Shown in pieces: positions 13,682-25,748 of a stretch of 64,000 nt of DNA. Origin of the DNA: Oopsacas minuta (Eukaryota; Animalia; Porifera). The position numbers and the translations under genes are program-made. The stretch covers positions 24,883 through 88,882 of the forward strand of contig JAKMXF010000023.1 in NCBI GenBank assembly GCA_024704765.1, written 5' to 3'. How positions within the stretch are numbered: position 1 is the first letter of the stretch; every line of letters starts with the position of its first letter. The notes below the pieces were generated by a model. It searched no databases, was not told the origin of the DNA, and saw nothing but the letters and a program-made list of their open reading frames with translations.

Positions 13682-14953
13682 TCTATATTATTAAAATCAA
13701 TATTGTTAAATCTTAAAGATTGTCTGTCTGTTTCAGGCCCGGCGGAGTAGGGGCGGCTGGGCCGCCTGAGCCACCCCACTTTTTATGTGGATCTTTCATA
13801 TATTTCAAAGTACTCAGCGCATGCACTGAAATTCAATTAATGTCATAAGCCTTTAGTATAATAGATACAAATTTGTAAGTAATTACTAGTAAATTCAGCC
13901 ATTTTTTGGATTGTTATATAATTATTAGTTATCAGTTTGTGTTGAGATTTTATGTTCTATTAGCACCACAGAATTTGATGTTTGTAATAATGTACTCTCT
14001 CTGAGAGCGTTCTACTCGGTTCCAACTCAGATAACATCTCAGTATACATTTGGTATAATTCGAGACATCACTTCAAATAATTCAGAGACATTTGTGCAGT
14101 AGTTTAGGGTTGCAACTATTGGAGGTTAAATGTACTAAGCTCCCTAATGCAGCAACCCACTACCTCATTCTTTCGAATAGATCCCCTGATGACCAATATC
14201 CCGTTATCAAAGATGAAATACCCCTCGAATGGGATGCATATTGTCGCAAGATCTCCTTTTCTTACCACTTATCGCCTATAAAGATTTTATCAATAATTCG
14301 TTGTGATATTAATAGTATAGTTACTATAATTGTTGGTGATATTGTTTTGATTTATAGTTATGTATCTCAACTTTGATTTGCATTGAGAAGAAATGTAGTC
14401 TCTAGGGGAGTAGTTCTCAAACTTTAAGACTCCATTTCATAATCAAAATGTATATTTGAGGGGTTCTCGATCCCCTCAAATTCACGTATCAACTCTGCGA
14501 TCATCACAATTCAATGCCGCCCCAACTCTCGCGCAAGCTTCTGACGAGCTTAGTCTGTTTGTTTGTTTGTTTGTTCATGGCAGGGAAGTATTTACGGTAT
14601 GAAATATTGAAATTGTCGCATAACTATGTATTTCTCGTGTTTATCAATGAAGTAAATAGAATTCAAAAACTTTCTCAAAATATATCGACCATGCTGAATC
14701 CGATTTTCACACTTATGGATTAATCATATGTACATTTATTGTTGTTTTTATGAATATAAAGTAAACAATTTCAAATTGAGGTAGAATCATACTTTCAAAG
14801 ACTATCCTGGGGTATTTGAGTATGCTGAGTCCGAATATTGTAAACAACATTAATATTATTTAATCTCAATTGTTGTTGTCTGTTTGTTTGTTCATAGAAT
14901 ACTTCGAGGAATAATGCGCCGAGTTCATCGCAAAGCGACGAGCCTTTGGCTCA
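13682..14953 (+). mobile_element. Helitron-like family A copy interrupted by a hAT-type insertion
   Basis: TCTATATTATTAAA start, short TCTG/TTTG tract, family core at 14570-14850, end GACGAGCCTTTGGCTC. Confidence 0.6.
13734..14552. mobile_element. Non-autonomous hAT-type element nested in the Helitron microsatellite
   Basis: 8-bp direct repeat GTCTGTTT at 13726-13733 and 14553-14560. Left end CAGGCCCGGCGG; degenerate inverted right end. Confidence 0.6.
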
Positions 14954-15198
14954 GTTAATCATATTTTTCGTTATCTTGGTCGTGGGTACAAGTACTTATC
15001 TCCTTCAGGAGAACTTTCAATTGCAGTTGTTACAGTATGTCCTTATGTATGGTTAATACCACTTAATTATCTGTTAAAGTAATTAATAATTCATAAAGTA
15101 GAATGAATGATTAATTACTGTGGGATATAGAAACTCTACTTAGAGTCGTTTTAATAGTTTATAAATACTGGATATACTCTATAAGCTATACTATGTAT

Positions 15199-15362
15199 AA
15201 TAGAGGTGTTCAAACGTTACGTAACGCTACAAGGGGTAGGGGTGATATGCCAGGTGTGACAGCGCCATCCTTTTTGTATAACAAAACGGTCCAAAAACGT
15301 GACACAGGGAGGGGGTGTCAATATTTATGGAAATCGCGTTACGTAACGTTTCTACGGCCCAT
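15199..15362. mobile_element. MITE
   Basis: Subterminal inverted AAACGTTACGTAACG at both ends, G-rich interior. Confidence 0.4.
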
Positions 15363-16939
15363 ATATAACAATAAGAATAAAAGAGCACCCAAAGGGTTCT
15401 ACCTGTGGACACGAAGTGTTCGCGAGCCGCGTAGCGCAAGAAAGTGAAACTTGTTGTTCTAAATAATTATACATATCTGAATTGGTAACCATTCATGTAT
15501 ATATGATTTCATTTTTAACGTATAGGAAAATTCAATAAATTCTTTAATGAATATCAAAATATGACATCTTCAAAATTGTTAGTTGATTTCATTTGCAAAA
15601 TTCCTGGATATTCTAGTAATTCTCTAGGCATCCAAGTTTTACATCAAAATAACAACAATTTATCAAAGAAATAACCCAATTCCTTGATATTGTATGATGT
15701 AAGATCCCGGGATAATCCAGGGATCCTTAATTCACTATATACAACTTTGGGAAGCTCCCCTGTATTCGTATACATGGAAGAGTTTTAGATTAAAATATTA
15801 GAAATATTGTTTCAAAAGATGGTTAATATATCTAGTTTGTTCCAAACCAGTGTTCTTATATCCGGCACAAATTATCTAAGTTGATTAATACGTCTTGAAA
15901 TGCAACGGACTATTACAAAGATCTTAATTATGTAACAGGAGGAAGCTAGACTCGTAGGAATTTGTCTATCGAGTAGAGAGATTCAAACATGTGCGCCTAC
16001 ATAACTTTGCCCACTAAACACAATGCACCTCTCTACCAGTGTTGATTTATGCTTTCTTGACAAATGATACAATAATGCAGTAACGCAAAGCATGTTAAAA
16101 TACTAATCAGGAAACTATCATAAGCTATACGTAACTACCACGTATTACATAGAACAGAAAAATTTCAAAAGTTAACCAAGAAATTGATTTTGCACCAAAT
16201 ATTCAAAAGAAATTACAAATGCTGTCAAAGTTGCACTTGTCAAAGACAAAGTAGCCTCCATGGAGAGTTTGCCGCTATACATAGAAGGCTTAAGGAGGTC
16301 GATAGTTATTCAAATCACGCTACGTTACTGTATTTGTGTGTAGTTAAGCAGGATTAACCGTAAAGTAATTCATTATCAAACATTTTTCCGAAGAAACTAA
16401 AAGTAACTAAAAAGATAAAATCCTATAAATATGAATGAAAGGGGAAATAGCAATTCTATTAATTACAGGTTGTATAGCAATTCATACTTGTCTCTATCTC
16501 TAAGAGTTTAAGACTCACTAGCTAAGAACTTGAGAATTTCCTCAATAGATACTCTTTCATCAGGATTGTTGTATTTCTCTTTGAAGCGATTCATTTCTTT
16601 TGTGCTCAATAAAGTACTTCTTAGTAGGAGTCTCATAGAGCGAATTGAAATTTTATGCTTGAATAGTATGCCTCCAACTTTCAAATTCATGGAATTATCT
16701 GATTGTACGTAAAAAACCTTTGCCATCTTCTTGTGGAATTCTGGATTGAACTTACTTATCGTAGTGTTACTTCCTTTATCTATTTGTTGTATCTGATCTT
16801 TAAGCTCCTTGATAACAGTATTCTGGATAAATTCTATCCCTCCGATAGCTTTCCTAACAGATAAACACATTTCACTAATTCTATCCCTACAGGTATTTTC
16901 AGGAGTATCGTTTGTAATCCAAGTCCATTTGTTATTAAC

Positions 16940-17569
16940 AGGCTTGCCGTGAATGAGAAAAATCCCATCCATATCCATATCCATATCCATGTCATTTTTG
17001 CGTGGATATCCAACAACCAGGATATCCATGGATATTTCAAAGGCCTAGAACATCTTGTCTATAACGGCCATTCAAGGCTAGTAGTGACTATTGTGTACAG
17101 GTAACCGCTATGTAGATGTAGATTACTAATGAAAATCTATTCATATACTAAACGTTATACTGAAGCTCTAGATATTATGTAAACTGTCATTCATAAACTC
17201 TTCGATATCACTATCGTCTTCAAATGACAGGGGCATGGGCTCATTGTTGATGACCATCGCAACTTCCTTTGGCTCAATTACAATTCCCAGCTTCTTGATT
17301 ATTGTGATATACATTTTCTGGTATCTGATGTATACTAATCTCTTCATGACCGCCGGTGACATTCTCTTTCTCGTTTTTGAAAGTAGGTTGCCGGCCTGGC
17401 TGAACAACCTCTCCACGGCTGCAGAAGACATTGATGCCGAGAAAATTATCTTTGCACAGGTGCCAGATGTATTAAGACACTTTACCGCCAAAACTGAGTT
17501 GGATCCTTCATTGGTACCCGGGTGTCTCTGAATTCTTGGAGCACTATACCAAGGGTAGTAGCCTTTGGC
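16940..17569 (-). mobile_element. 3-prime portion of a hAT element with C-terminal dimerisation domain
   Basis: SSAAVERLFSQAGNLLSKTRKRMS motif (ORF 17168-17491), GATATCCAT subterminal repeats, end CAGGCTTGCCGTG near 16940. Truncated at the N at 17570. Confidence 0.75.
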
Positions 17570-17570
17570 N

Positions 17571-17700
17571 CATGTAAAGAAATTATGCTCCTTACCATTG
17601 TCGAATAATACAGTTCAGAGACGAATTTCAGACATGTCAAATGACAGAAGCAAGCAAGTCATAGCAGAAATTAAAAATACTCCTTTTGGCTTTTCTTTGA
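17571..17700 (+). mobile_element. Buster-type hAT transposase fragment
   Basis: LPLSNNTVQRRISDMS..KQVIAEIK motif. Confidence 0.7.
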
Positions 17701-17768
17701 TTAATTCATACTTTCACTATAAATTTTCATTTTCTATGATGTTACAAAAATATTACTAAATCGTATAT

Positions 17769-18493
17769 CTAAAGCTGCTGCTGTTGATCTTTTTCTAAAA
17801 GTCTCTGCTTTTTATGACGATAATACTCCCTCTGCTCTTCAATCAGCTGTAGTTGAGCCGAGAATACTTCCATCTGTTTAAGGAGCACTTCTCGTTGCAG
17901 AGGAAGTAAATCAGAGACCGATGTTGGCTGTTCGATGCTCCTCTTACGCCTACGCCTTCCCTCTGGACGACTGTTAACAACAGTAACTTCTGGTCCCTCA
18001 AACACTGGCGTTACTTCTCTGCTTTCGCTAATCTCGGTCTGTGAAGGCAATGCTGTTGGGGCTTGAAACATATCAACACTACCACATATTCCAGTGAACG
18101 CTGGCGTACTTGAGAACATCTGTGATACTCTCTCCGTCACAGATGTGGATAATTCCCTATCGGAGCTTAGGATCCGGATGTCTTCATCCTTCATTTCATC
18201 AGCTTCATTTGGCCCTCTTCCTGTTCTCCTCGCTTCCCTTCGACTGGAATCTACACGGGCTTTTTCGGAACCTTATAGATTGTTGCACTTCTTTTTTACA
18301 TCTTTCACATCTCGGTTGTTGCCATGGATGGAATTGATTTTCCTCATAACGTTGTTCCAAAGCCTCGTCTTTTTTTATTTATCTCCGCGCACTGACCAGC
18401 AGTACCTCTCAATATAGCTCCAGCATCCTGGATTGCCTCAATGAGTGTATACTCCTCCTCCTTTGCCCAATTTACTTTGCGACCTTTGTCCAT
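17769..18493 (-). pseudogene. Myb/SANT-like DNA-binding accessory gene of a PIF/Harbinger element
   Basis: MDKGRKVNWAKEEEYTLIE..W..V..KINS..R....KKKCNNL followed by a C-terminal coiled coil. One frameshift in an A-run (near 18370) and one in-frame TAA. Confidence 0.75.
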
Positions 18494-18799
18494 ACTCTTG
18501 CTTTGGAATATCAATAACCCTCACCAATTTATAGTTTCATAATGCAATAACTAGCTCCCAATTCAAGTGCGATACTTGACACATCTCACAAGTAAATATC
18601 CCAACTTCAAAGACCAACATCCTACTTAGATGTTTCAAAACTACAAATTCCATGTACCTTATAATCATTAACTGTGCAAAATGTTACATATCTACATCAT
18701 AACATATATGATATGTGAATTTAGTTGTTGAAATCTTGAATAGAAAATTGATCCCTTCCAAATCCGTGAATCGTGAACAGACCCAGGAAAACGTGCCAA

Positions 18800-19370
18800 T
18801 ACATCACTAAACATTCCATCTGGTTGGCAAATAGCTTGGACGTTAATTGAGTGGTAAAAATGCCGATTTATATAATCTGCTTCATTTTCCGAGGGTCTTT
18901 GGATTCGTATGTGTGTTCCGTCAATTAATCCTACTACGCCTGGAAAGTGAGCAATCTCATAAAACTTGTTTTTCACTTCTACCCTCTTGAGACCAGCAGG
19001 CAAACTAACAAACTGATGGTAGATAGCTTGCAAACCCAGAGAAACATCTCGGATATAACGAGAGGCAGAAGCTTGGCTTACGTTTATCCCATCTCCACAA
19101 ATTATCTGGAAGGTTCCAGAAGCGAAAATTGAAGTGCCGCATAAACTTGCAAGTGAGGGGAAGCAGCATAAGAACGCTCGGTGAAATTCAAATAGTTAGT
19201 TATCAACTCTGTGATCTTAGATATTGAAACTCTAGAGAAACGGAAACGTCGAATAAGTTCCATACCATCATAACAATCAGGGGATCATTGAGATCCCTGA
19301 AAACTCGTTGACGTGCCATTGAGGAAGAGGTTTCTTCTTCTGCGAGAAATAGTGGAATCATCTGTGCCAT
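18800..19370 (-). pseudogene. PIF/Harbinger (HARBI1-like) transposase, 5-prime half
   Basis: RRFRFSR, LQFFASGTFQ, FPGVVGLIDGTHIRIQRP, HSINVQAIC, PGSVHDSRIW. 1-bp frameshift near 19280; third catalytic residue region missing. Confidence 0.88.
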
Positions 19371-19935
19371 TTGTTTATATTAAAATACTTGAATATTTAT
19401 ATACTATATTTGATCATAAATTGTATTTATCAAAACAGTCATTAGTGTAACTTGGAATGTAGGATTCAGAATTATATTATTTAACATCACGTACAAAGTA
19501 ATGCATTCCTTAGTAACACATATGTTATATCATAAACGTTCGACACCATATTTAGTAATATGCAAAAGGTGTGAAATATGATAAATCTGTGAATTCGATA
19601 CTATCAGGCTCTGAAAACTTAAAATCGGACTCTACGCACCCGATCACCCCTGACAACATGTTAAAACCTAATCTCTAGCATGTTTGATGTTTTTGAATTT
19701 TATATAGAAAGGTGTGAACAACGACTGGTGGGTTTTTTTCTAGAGAGTATTGGTCACCAGAAAAAAACAATTTAGTATTGTCACAAGGCGCGGATCTGAT
19801 CTCCTGCATCGGCCAATATTTGGCGAAATACTGACAATATAAGTTGATGATTAGAAAACTTATCCAAATTGAATTCTAAGAAATAACAACGTAAAATTCT
19901 GAACTATATAGCTAGATTAGCTTCGCTTAAAATAA

Positions 19936-21303
19936 CTACAAATACAAGCCTAAACTAAAAATAGAATAGTAAAATAAATTAAAATTAAGTATTATATTCT
20001 CTGCCATCATCCTCATCCCGTAATGATAATTTTGCTTCAATTTTCTGAAAACATAGAAACAAATTGCAGAGGCTGATAGGCAGAGTGACAGCGAAGTTAT
20101 TGAAAGAAAGAAAAGAAATCTAGCTACACATATGAGGATAATCAGAAAGATCGGGATTAAGATACACAAAGAAGATAGAACTTGTGTTACCCTATTCTTC
20201 TCTTCTTTCATCTTCCTGGCATATAGTTCTGCTGGACCACCAATGAACTCTTTATTATGACGTCTCTCTCTCATCATATTACATTGTGATAAGATACTCT
20301 CTTCAAGATCATGTCCAGATGTTGTATCAGACATCCAAATGTATCTATCTCCAGCCTTTTTCACTAGTTCGCTAATACCCACGTTTCCTTCAATGGATCT
20401 CATCACCTCTTCACGAAAATCTTTTGATTTCCTTCTGAATGAGAATAGTATGCTCGTGTAGTCCCACCAATAGTGCTCTGTTTGATGATCCATTCGATAG
20501 TACTGAGAATATGGAAGGTCTGTTATCATTTCCTTCATGTTTGTACTGAATATTTCATTTTGACTGACCAATAATAATATGAGAGTAATGCCTTCTCCAT
20601 GATGGTCATGACTGCCAACCAATTTTCTTATTTTCTCATCAACATCAGGTTCTTGTATTCCCTGGAATAAATCAAGATCTGGATAACAATAGAACTTCAG
20701 TCGTACATGCTCCAATTCTATTACATTATCTTCGTTAGTAATTTGGAGTTTTTCTAGAACTTCTGAAGACTTCACCATATTGTTCCCGTGAATCAATATT
20801 GTGTAAGATGGTTTGGAGATTTGGTAAATTCCATATAGAATTCTATTAACGTAGGTTTGTTCTAGTAGAGTTGAGTTTACACAGATAAAACGATGATTGA
20901 CACTGTTGAGTAGAAATTTCCATGAATCGAATTCTTCACATTTTTGTCTCAATATTTGTCCCAGTATTCCTTCATCAAGAGTTTGACTGATTTCGTCTGC
21001 ATGAGTGAATACAATCATTGCATTACGGAAAAAGTTCAGAGATGAAAGGGCAAGGCTGTTGGCCTGATCCTTTAGCCAATTTAACCAATTCACCGCGGGC
21101 ACTCTCAAAGTTATGGGAACAACAATAAGAACTATCGTGTGTTGAGATCTGTTTTGGAGAAACTTCGTCAATATATTTGTAGCATTCTTTACCTCAATAC
21201 CTTCCAAACATTCCACCCATATTCCTCCCTGTTTTAACATTATCTGTAGAGCAGCCATCCCACTGTTGTTATCCCCAATCAGTAAGAATTTGCTGGTATT
21301 CAT
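19936..21303 (-). CDS. GIMAP/AIG1-like protein with two degenerate GTPase domains and C-terminal transmembrane segment, 455 aa
   Basis: LLIGDNNSGM (degenerate G1), IVLIVV..MIVFTHADEI..LLNSVNHRFICVNS. Second domain LILLLVS..TSILFS..ELVKKAGDRY. Hydrophobic tail. A possible splice acceptor lies just upstream of the ATG. Confidence 0.75.
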   Translation of the reverse strand: MNTSKFLLIGDNNSGMAALQIMLKQGGIWVECLEGIEVKNATNILTKFLQNRSQHTIVLIVVPITLRVPAVNWLNWLKDQANSLALSSLNFFRNAMIVFTHADEISQTLDEGILGQILRQKCEEFDSWKFLLNSVNHRFICVNSTLLEQTYVNRILYGIYQISKPSYTILIHGNNMVKSSEVLEKLQITNEDNVIELEHVRLKFYCYPDLDLFQGIQEPDVDEKIRKLVGSHDHHGEGITLILLLVSQNEIFSTNMKEMITDLPYSQYYRMDHQTEHYWWDYTSILFSFRRKSKDFREEVMRSIEGNVGISELVKKAGDRYIWMSDTTSGHDLEESILSQCNMMRERRHNKEFIGGPAELYARKMKEEKNRVTQVLSSLCILIPIFLIILICVARFLFFLSITSLSLCLSASAICFYVFRKLKQNYHYGMRMMAENIILNFNLFYYSIFSLGLYL

Positions 21304-21882
21304 GCTACATACAATAAATAAATGGATTATTAAGCAGAAAAGTATACGAGAAATCTCTCAGATTTATTGTGAAAATTACAGCTAATTTTGAATCCAATTT
21401 AAATATTCAACTATTACAGATTATCAGTGAGTCTCACGGTTATTCACTGAAAGAAAAGTAGAATTTTAACCAAATTTTGTTTCTTCACTTTACATTTGAT
21501 GCTAAATTGACAAATCTCACACATTTTGGGAAGAAATCTCACGACTTGATGAGACACCAGATTGCATCTATCAAATGTATTCTCACGATAAACCAAATAT
21601 AGTAGAACTAGAATTTGAGTGACGCACCAAGTCATATGCGAGTTTTGAATATGCAAGGCACTACTCTAACAAAGGAAATTCTAGGAAATTAACAAATCTA
21701 ATCGGTAAAGTAGTCAATGGTCTCTTCTCATGGACCTTACATAGAGCTTACAGCGCTCTTATAACTCCAATTTTATAGATAGACACGGATTTATAAATAG
21801 CTCGAACACAACATAAATAACAATTGACAAGTAATAGTAAAGAATTAATTAAATAACACAGCTGCCGAACAGGTATCACTAA

Positions 21883-23199
21883 CTACATATAATCAAAATT
21901 ATGTAAATTTAAGTAATGAAATGTATTTATGTATGTAAAATGACATAAAGAAACCTTCACTTTGTATCGTCTGCAACAGTATAGTTCTAGTAGTCCAATA
22001 GCACTACACGCCAAAATCAAAGTTATGAAATAAAATTTTTGTTTTCTAAAAATATATTTACTTAGATATGATGCTACATTAATTAGTCTAATTATAGCAT
22101 TATTCCCTACGTTTCTATTGTGTATTGCTCTTATATTAACATCTCTTCCTCCAATAAACTCTGTGTGAAGGTTCTTTTCCTTTATCTTTTGAAATTCTAT
22201 CAATAATGCATTTAATAAATCTGTGTTGGATTGAGGAAGATAGATCTTCCTTCCCCCTGCTTTTCTAATTATCTTTTCGATTCCAATATTACCTTCAATA
22301 GAGAGTCTTATCATCTCCTCAGGGTTAGGACGTCCATTCGTATCGAATACAATTACAGCTCTGCTCCAAAAATACTCACTACATTCATTTCTCAACCCAA
22401 GTAGATTTGGTATATCTGTAATTAGATTAAACATTGATTCACTAAAAATACTATTCAAGCTAATCAGGATTAAGAATACTGATACTCCAGTTCCGATCTG
22501 GTCTTGCTGTCCAATTAATCGGGCAAGTTCTGGTGTGGGGACAGTTTGTGAGATTTCATTAAAGAGATTGAGGTCTGGCGGGCGATGAATGGAAATACGA
22601 TAAGGAATATTTCGAGTATTTTCTTCAGATACATCAAGCTGGAACTTGTCACTCTCAATGTTATTATTTCCATAACAAAGCACTCTCAAAACAGGTTTAG
22701 AAAGTTGCAGGAATTCATCTACCACTCTATCTCTATTCTCCTGTGTCATACTAGTAGAATTAATGAACTTAAACCTCCTATCAACTAGGGATAAGATCTC
22801 TCCAAATTCTCTATCCACCAGCTGCTGTTTATCAACTCCAGGAGCCAACATATCAGTATACGTAAACGCAACTAAACAATTTCCAAACAAGGAATATGAG
22901 CTTTCAGCTAGAAACTCAGACAATTCTTTCAATCTACCTAACTCGTTAATAAACTCTATACCTTTAGTGATATCAATAACAACAATGAAACAAGTACTTG
23001 TTCCTGATCTTAAAACATTCAAAGAAAAATCTCCATTTTGTGAAGAAATTTCAAAGATTCTCAAACAAGAATTTAACAATCTCACTTCTCTGCCATTACA
23101 ATCTATTCTTGAGTCTACTTGTCCGATTATAATATCTTGTAGATTTTGCTTACCACTGTCTATACCCCCAACTAATATCAGGTTTCTATCTACCTGCAT
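21883..23199 (-). CDS. Tandem paralogue: double AIG1-like domain protein with C-terminal TM helix, about 438 aa
   Basis: LILVGGIDSGK, FIVVIDI..LVAFTYTDML..LSLVDRRFKFINS. Shares PDL.LF, SIEGN.GI..I.KAG.R and EFIGG motifs with 19936-21303. The ATG overlaps an acceptor-like TGCAG|GTA, so an upstream exon is possible. Confidence 0.75.
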   Translation of the reverse strand: MQVDRNLILVGGIDSGKQNLQDIIIGQVDSRIDCNGREVRLLNSCLRIFEISSQNGDFSLNVLRSGTSTCFIVVIDITKGIEFINELGRLKELSEFLAESSYSLFGNCLVAFTYTDMLAPGVDKQQLVDREFGEILSLVDRRFKFINSTSMTQENRDRVVDEFLQLSKPVLRVLCYGNNNIESDKFQLDVSEENTRNIPYRISIHRPPDLNLFNEISQTVPTPELARLIGQQDQIGTGVSVFLILISLNSIFSESMFNLITDIPNLLGLRNECSEYFWSRAVIVFDTNGRPNPEEMIRLSIEGNIGIEKIIRKAGGRKIYLPQSNTDLLNALLIEFQKIKEKNLHTEFIGGRDVNIRAIHNRNVGNNAIIRLINVASYLSKYIFRKQKFYFITLILACSAIGLLELYCCRRYKVKVSLCHFTYINTFHYLNLHNFDYM

Positions 23200-25748
23200 A
23201 CAGACTAGACTAATATAGTAATTCTGGTATTGATACCTCTGTGCAATAAATCTAAACTAATAGCAAATGTATTGAAAATATACAGAATAATTAGAAATAA
23301 TATAAGTATAAGGAAATACTGGACAGATGGAGGATATCTCCTCAGTGGGAAGATTTATTGAAATTGACCAATTTATGCTATATGAATGTAATAAATATCG
23401 GTATGGATTGGAAGGTGTCAATTGGGAAAATAGAGAATCCCTCGAGGGCCAAAGCGATGAACAAAATGCTCATCTAACATGACATATGATAGCATAGAAA
23501 GTTGTAAAGAGCGTCGCAAAAATAAAACTGTCAAGGCCCAAACAAAATTGATAAAACCTACGCATTCAAAAGTGTATGTTTCTTATTAGTAAATGGGAAT
23601 AATCCAAGTTTTCTACTGCAAAATTTGAATATTACTAATAAGGAGATTTCCTGTTTGTTCAGTTTGATGTGTTCAAGAAAACTAACAGAAATAAATCAAT
23701 TGAATGTTAACACGAATTTATATCCGATTATAATAATTGGAAACAGCCGCTGCTGGGGGAGTTCCGAACTCCAATTCATTTACACCCTACCCTGTATTCC
23801 AACAGAATCAAGATATCTACCGTCTGTAAGTATACATTTTGAGAGAATTGGCATCTAATTGTGTGATGTATACTTTCCTAAAACTACGTAATACAATACT
23901 ATATGGTTAGTACATAGCTCAATTAATAGAAATAATAAAATATTTTGTTATTAATAACTTCATTAAAATATTATAAATAAATAATATTTCTCTCTAAAAG
24001 TATAAAATACCAAATGTACATATTCTAATTAAGAGCTTGTATAGCTGATCAGAATAATAACAGAGTTCAGGTAGTCTCTGGATTGGAGAATTAATAAAAG
24101 ATTCTAAGATAAGAGAGAATATTTCCAAAGTTGAAAAGTGTGAGTTTGACTAATGTAGACAAGTTGTTAAAAGTTATAACTCCTGAAGTGAAGGAAGAAA
24201 AGAAAATATAGCTAAACACCAAAGTTTCTAGCATTACTACAATTACTGTAGAGTTAGATTCTTCAATACAAACATCGAGTCAAGTAGCTTGCTCTTCTCA
24301 AGTCAAGATATTCTCTAATGAAGGGAATTGAAAACTCACTTCGAAAGGAAATTAAGCTTAAATACTTGTTTACGCATAAATCCTATTTACTAAGGTTTCA
24401 TTGCCCCCTGTACCGTGCATGTCTATAATTAGCATAATAATTGAAATGTCTCAAACTCAAATAGACGACTTACAAAATTTACTTACTCTCGCTAAGCACA
24501 ACCGGAATCGGGAGGCCTTAGAGAAGATTCTCGAATAAGTCGTGAGGAGGTCGCACGTCGCTTTGCGAGACAACAACGTTTAGCGAGGCGGCGACAAAGG
24601 CGACTTTCTTTGCTGCCCTGTCCACGAGTGAAGAGAGTCAAGGCCAATGACCTACGAGTCAGTTGGGCAAATACAGGTAGATATATTCCGCACAATGCCC
24701 ATTTGATGAGTATGCGTTGGATTATTTCCGTAGTGAGAGAGACCAGCGCAGATTCTGGGAGGCTTAGCTTGGCTTTCTTTGGGCTTTTTTTAAGCCCCTG
24801 GAAACGATGACAGTCTGAGGCTTATATACAGCCGTTAGGACAATCTGATCCGGCGGGCTAAGTTGCAAAATGCGAGTTGTTGAAACGTCATGATGATGTC
24901 ATAATTCATACCCTTTTATTGTTCCTGGAAGTTAAAAATACGTCACTATACTGGGGGAGGCACATTTAGTATCATTGTAGCGAGTATTCGCCCATTTCGG
25001 GAAAATATACTGCCAAAAAAACCTCGAAAATATTGGTAATAATCCGAAAAAGCCCAGAGCCTATGTACAATGCATTGTATATGATACTTCCATAGAGAAT
25101 ATACATATACAATCAATAAGAATGTGTGCATACTATAGAAAACAAGTAATTTCTACGACTTGGATTGTATAACAATTTGCTATTGCTTTACCTAAAAACA
25201 ATATAAACGATAAAGAAGTTATTTTTAGCTCTTATTGTCTATCCTAGCAACGCTACTGTAAACATAATATTCTATGCCAAGTATTATAAGGACGATTTGA
25301 CTGGCTCCTCTGTATTCCCATCCCATGTAAATAGTGCAGGGCCGGATTTACCCTGGAGTGGCCCGAAGGCTGGACTATACAAGTAGCCCGAAACATGCTC
25401 GACATTGGTGGGTCGAAAATATTGTAAAAGAAGATACTTCTTTAGCGAATTACAAAATCTAAAATATTTTGATAAAATCAAATTTTTCCAAATTTCTAGA
25501 TTTCCCAGTTATGCAGCACCGTTAATATATCTAGTTTATACCAAACTGGTGTCCTTATATCCCGCACAAATTATCTAAGTTGATTAATACGTCTTTCAAT
25601 GAAGACAAATTACGTATTATACGCTCAATCTACTATTTTTGGTGACGTAACTTCTATGAGGCAGATTCTGCTATAGATAGTTTGCATGAAAACAGTAGTT
25701 CTTTAATTGTTAATGAGAAATCTCAGCACAATTAACCAAATGATATAA

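Noticed and set aside
15822-15896. About 75-bp sequence repeated at 25521-25595 as a regulatory element
   Set aside because: More simply a fragment of a dispersed repeat in a TE-rich region.
17570-17570. Apparent composite transposon joining two hAT fragments
   Set aside because: The join is an N, so it may be an assembly gap; the adjacency cannot be trusted.
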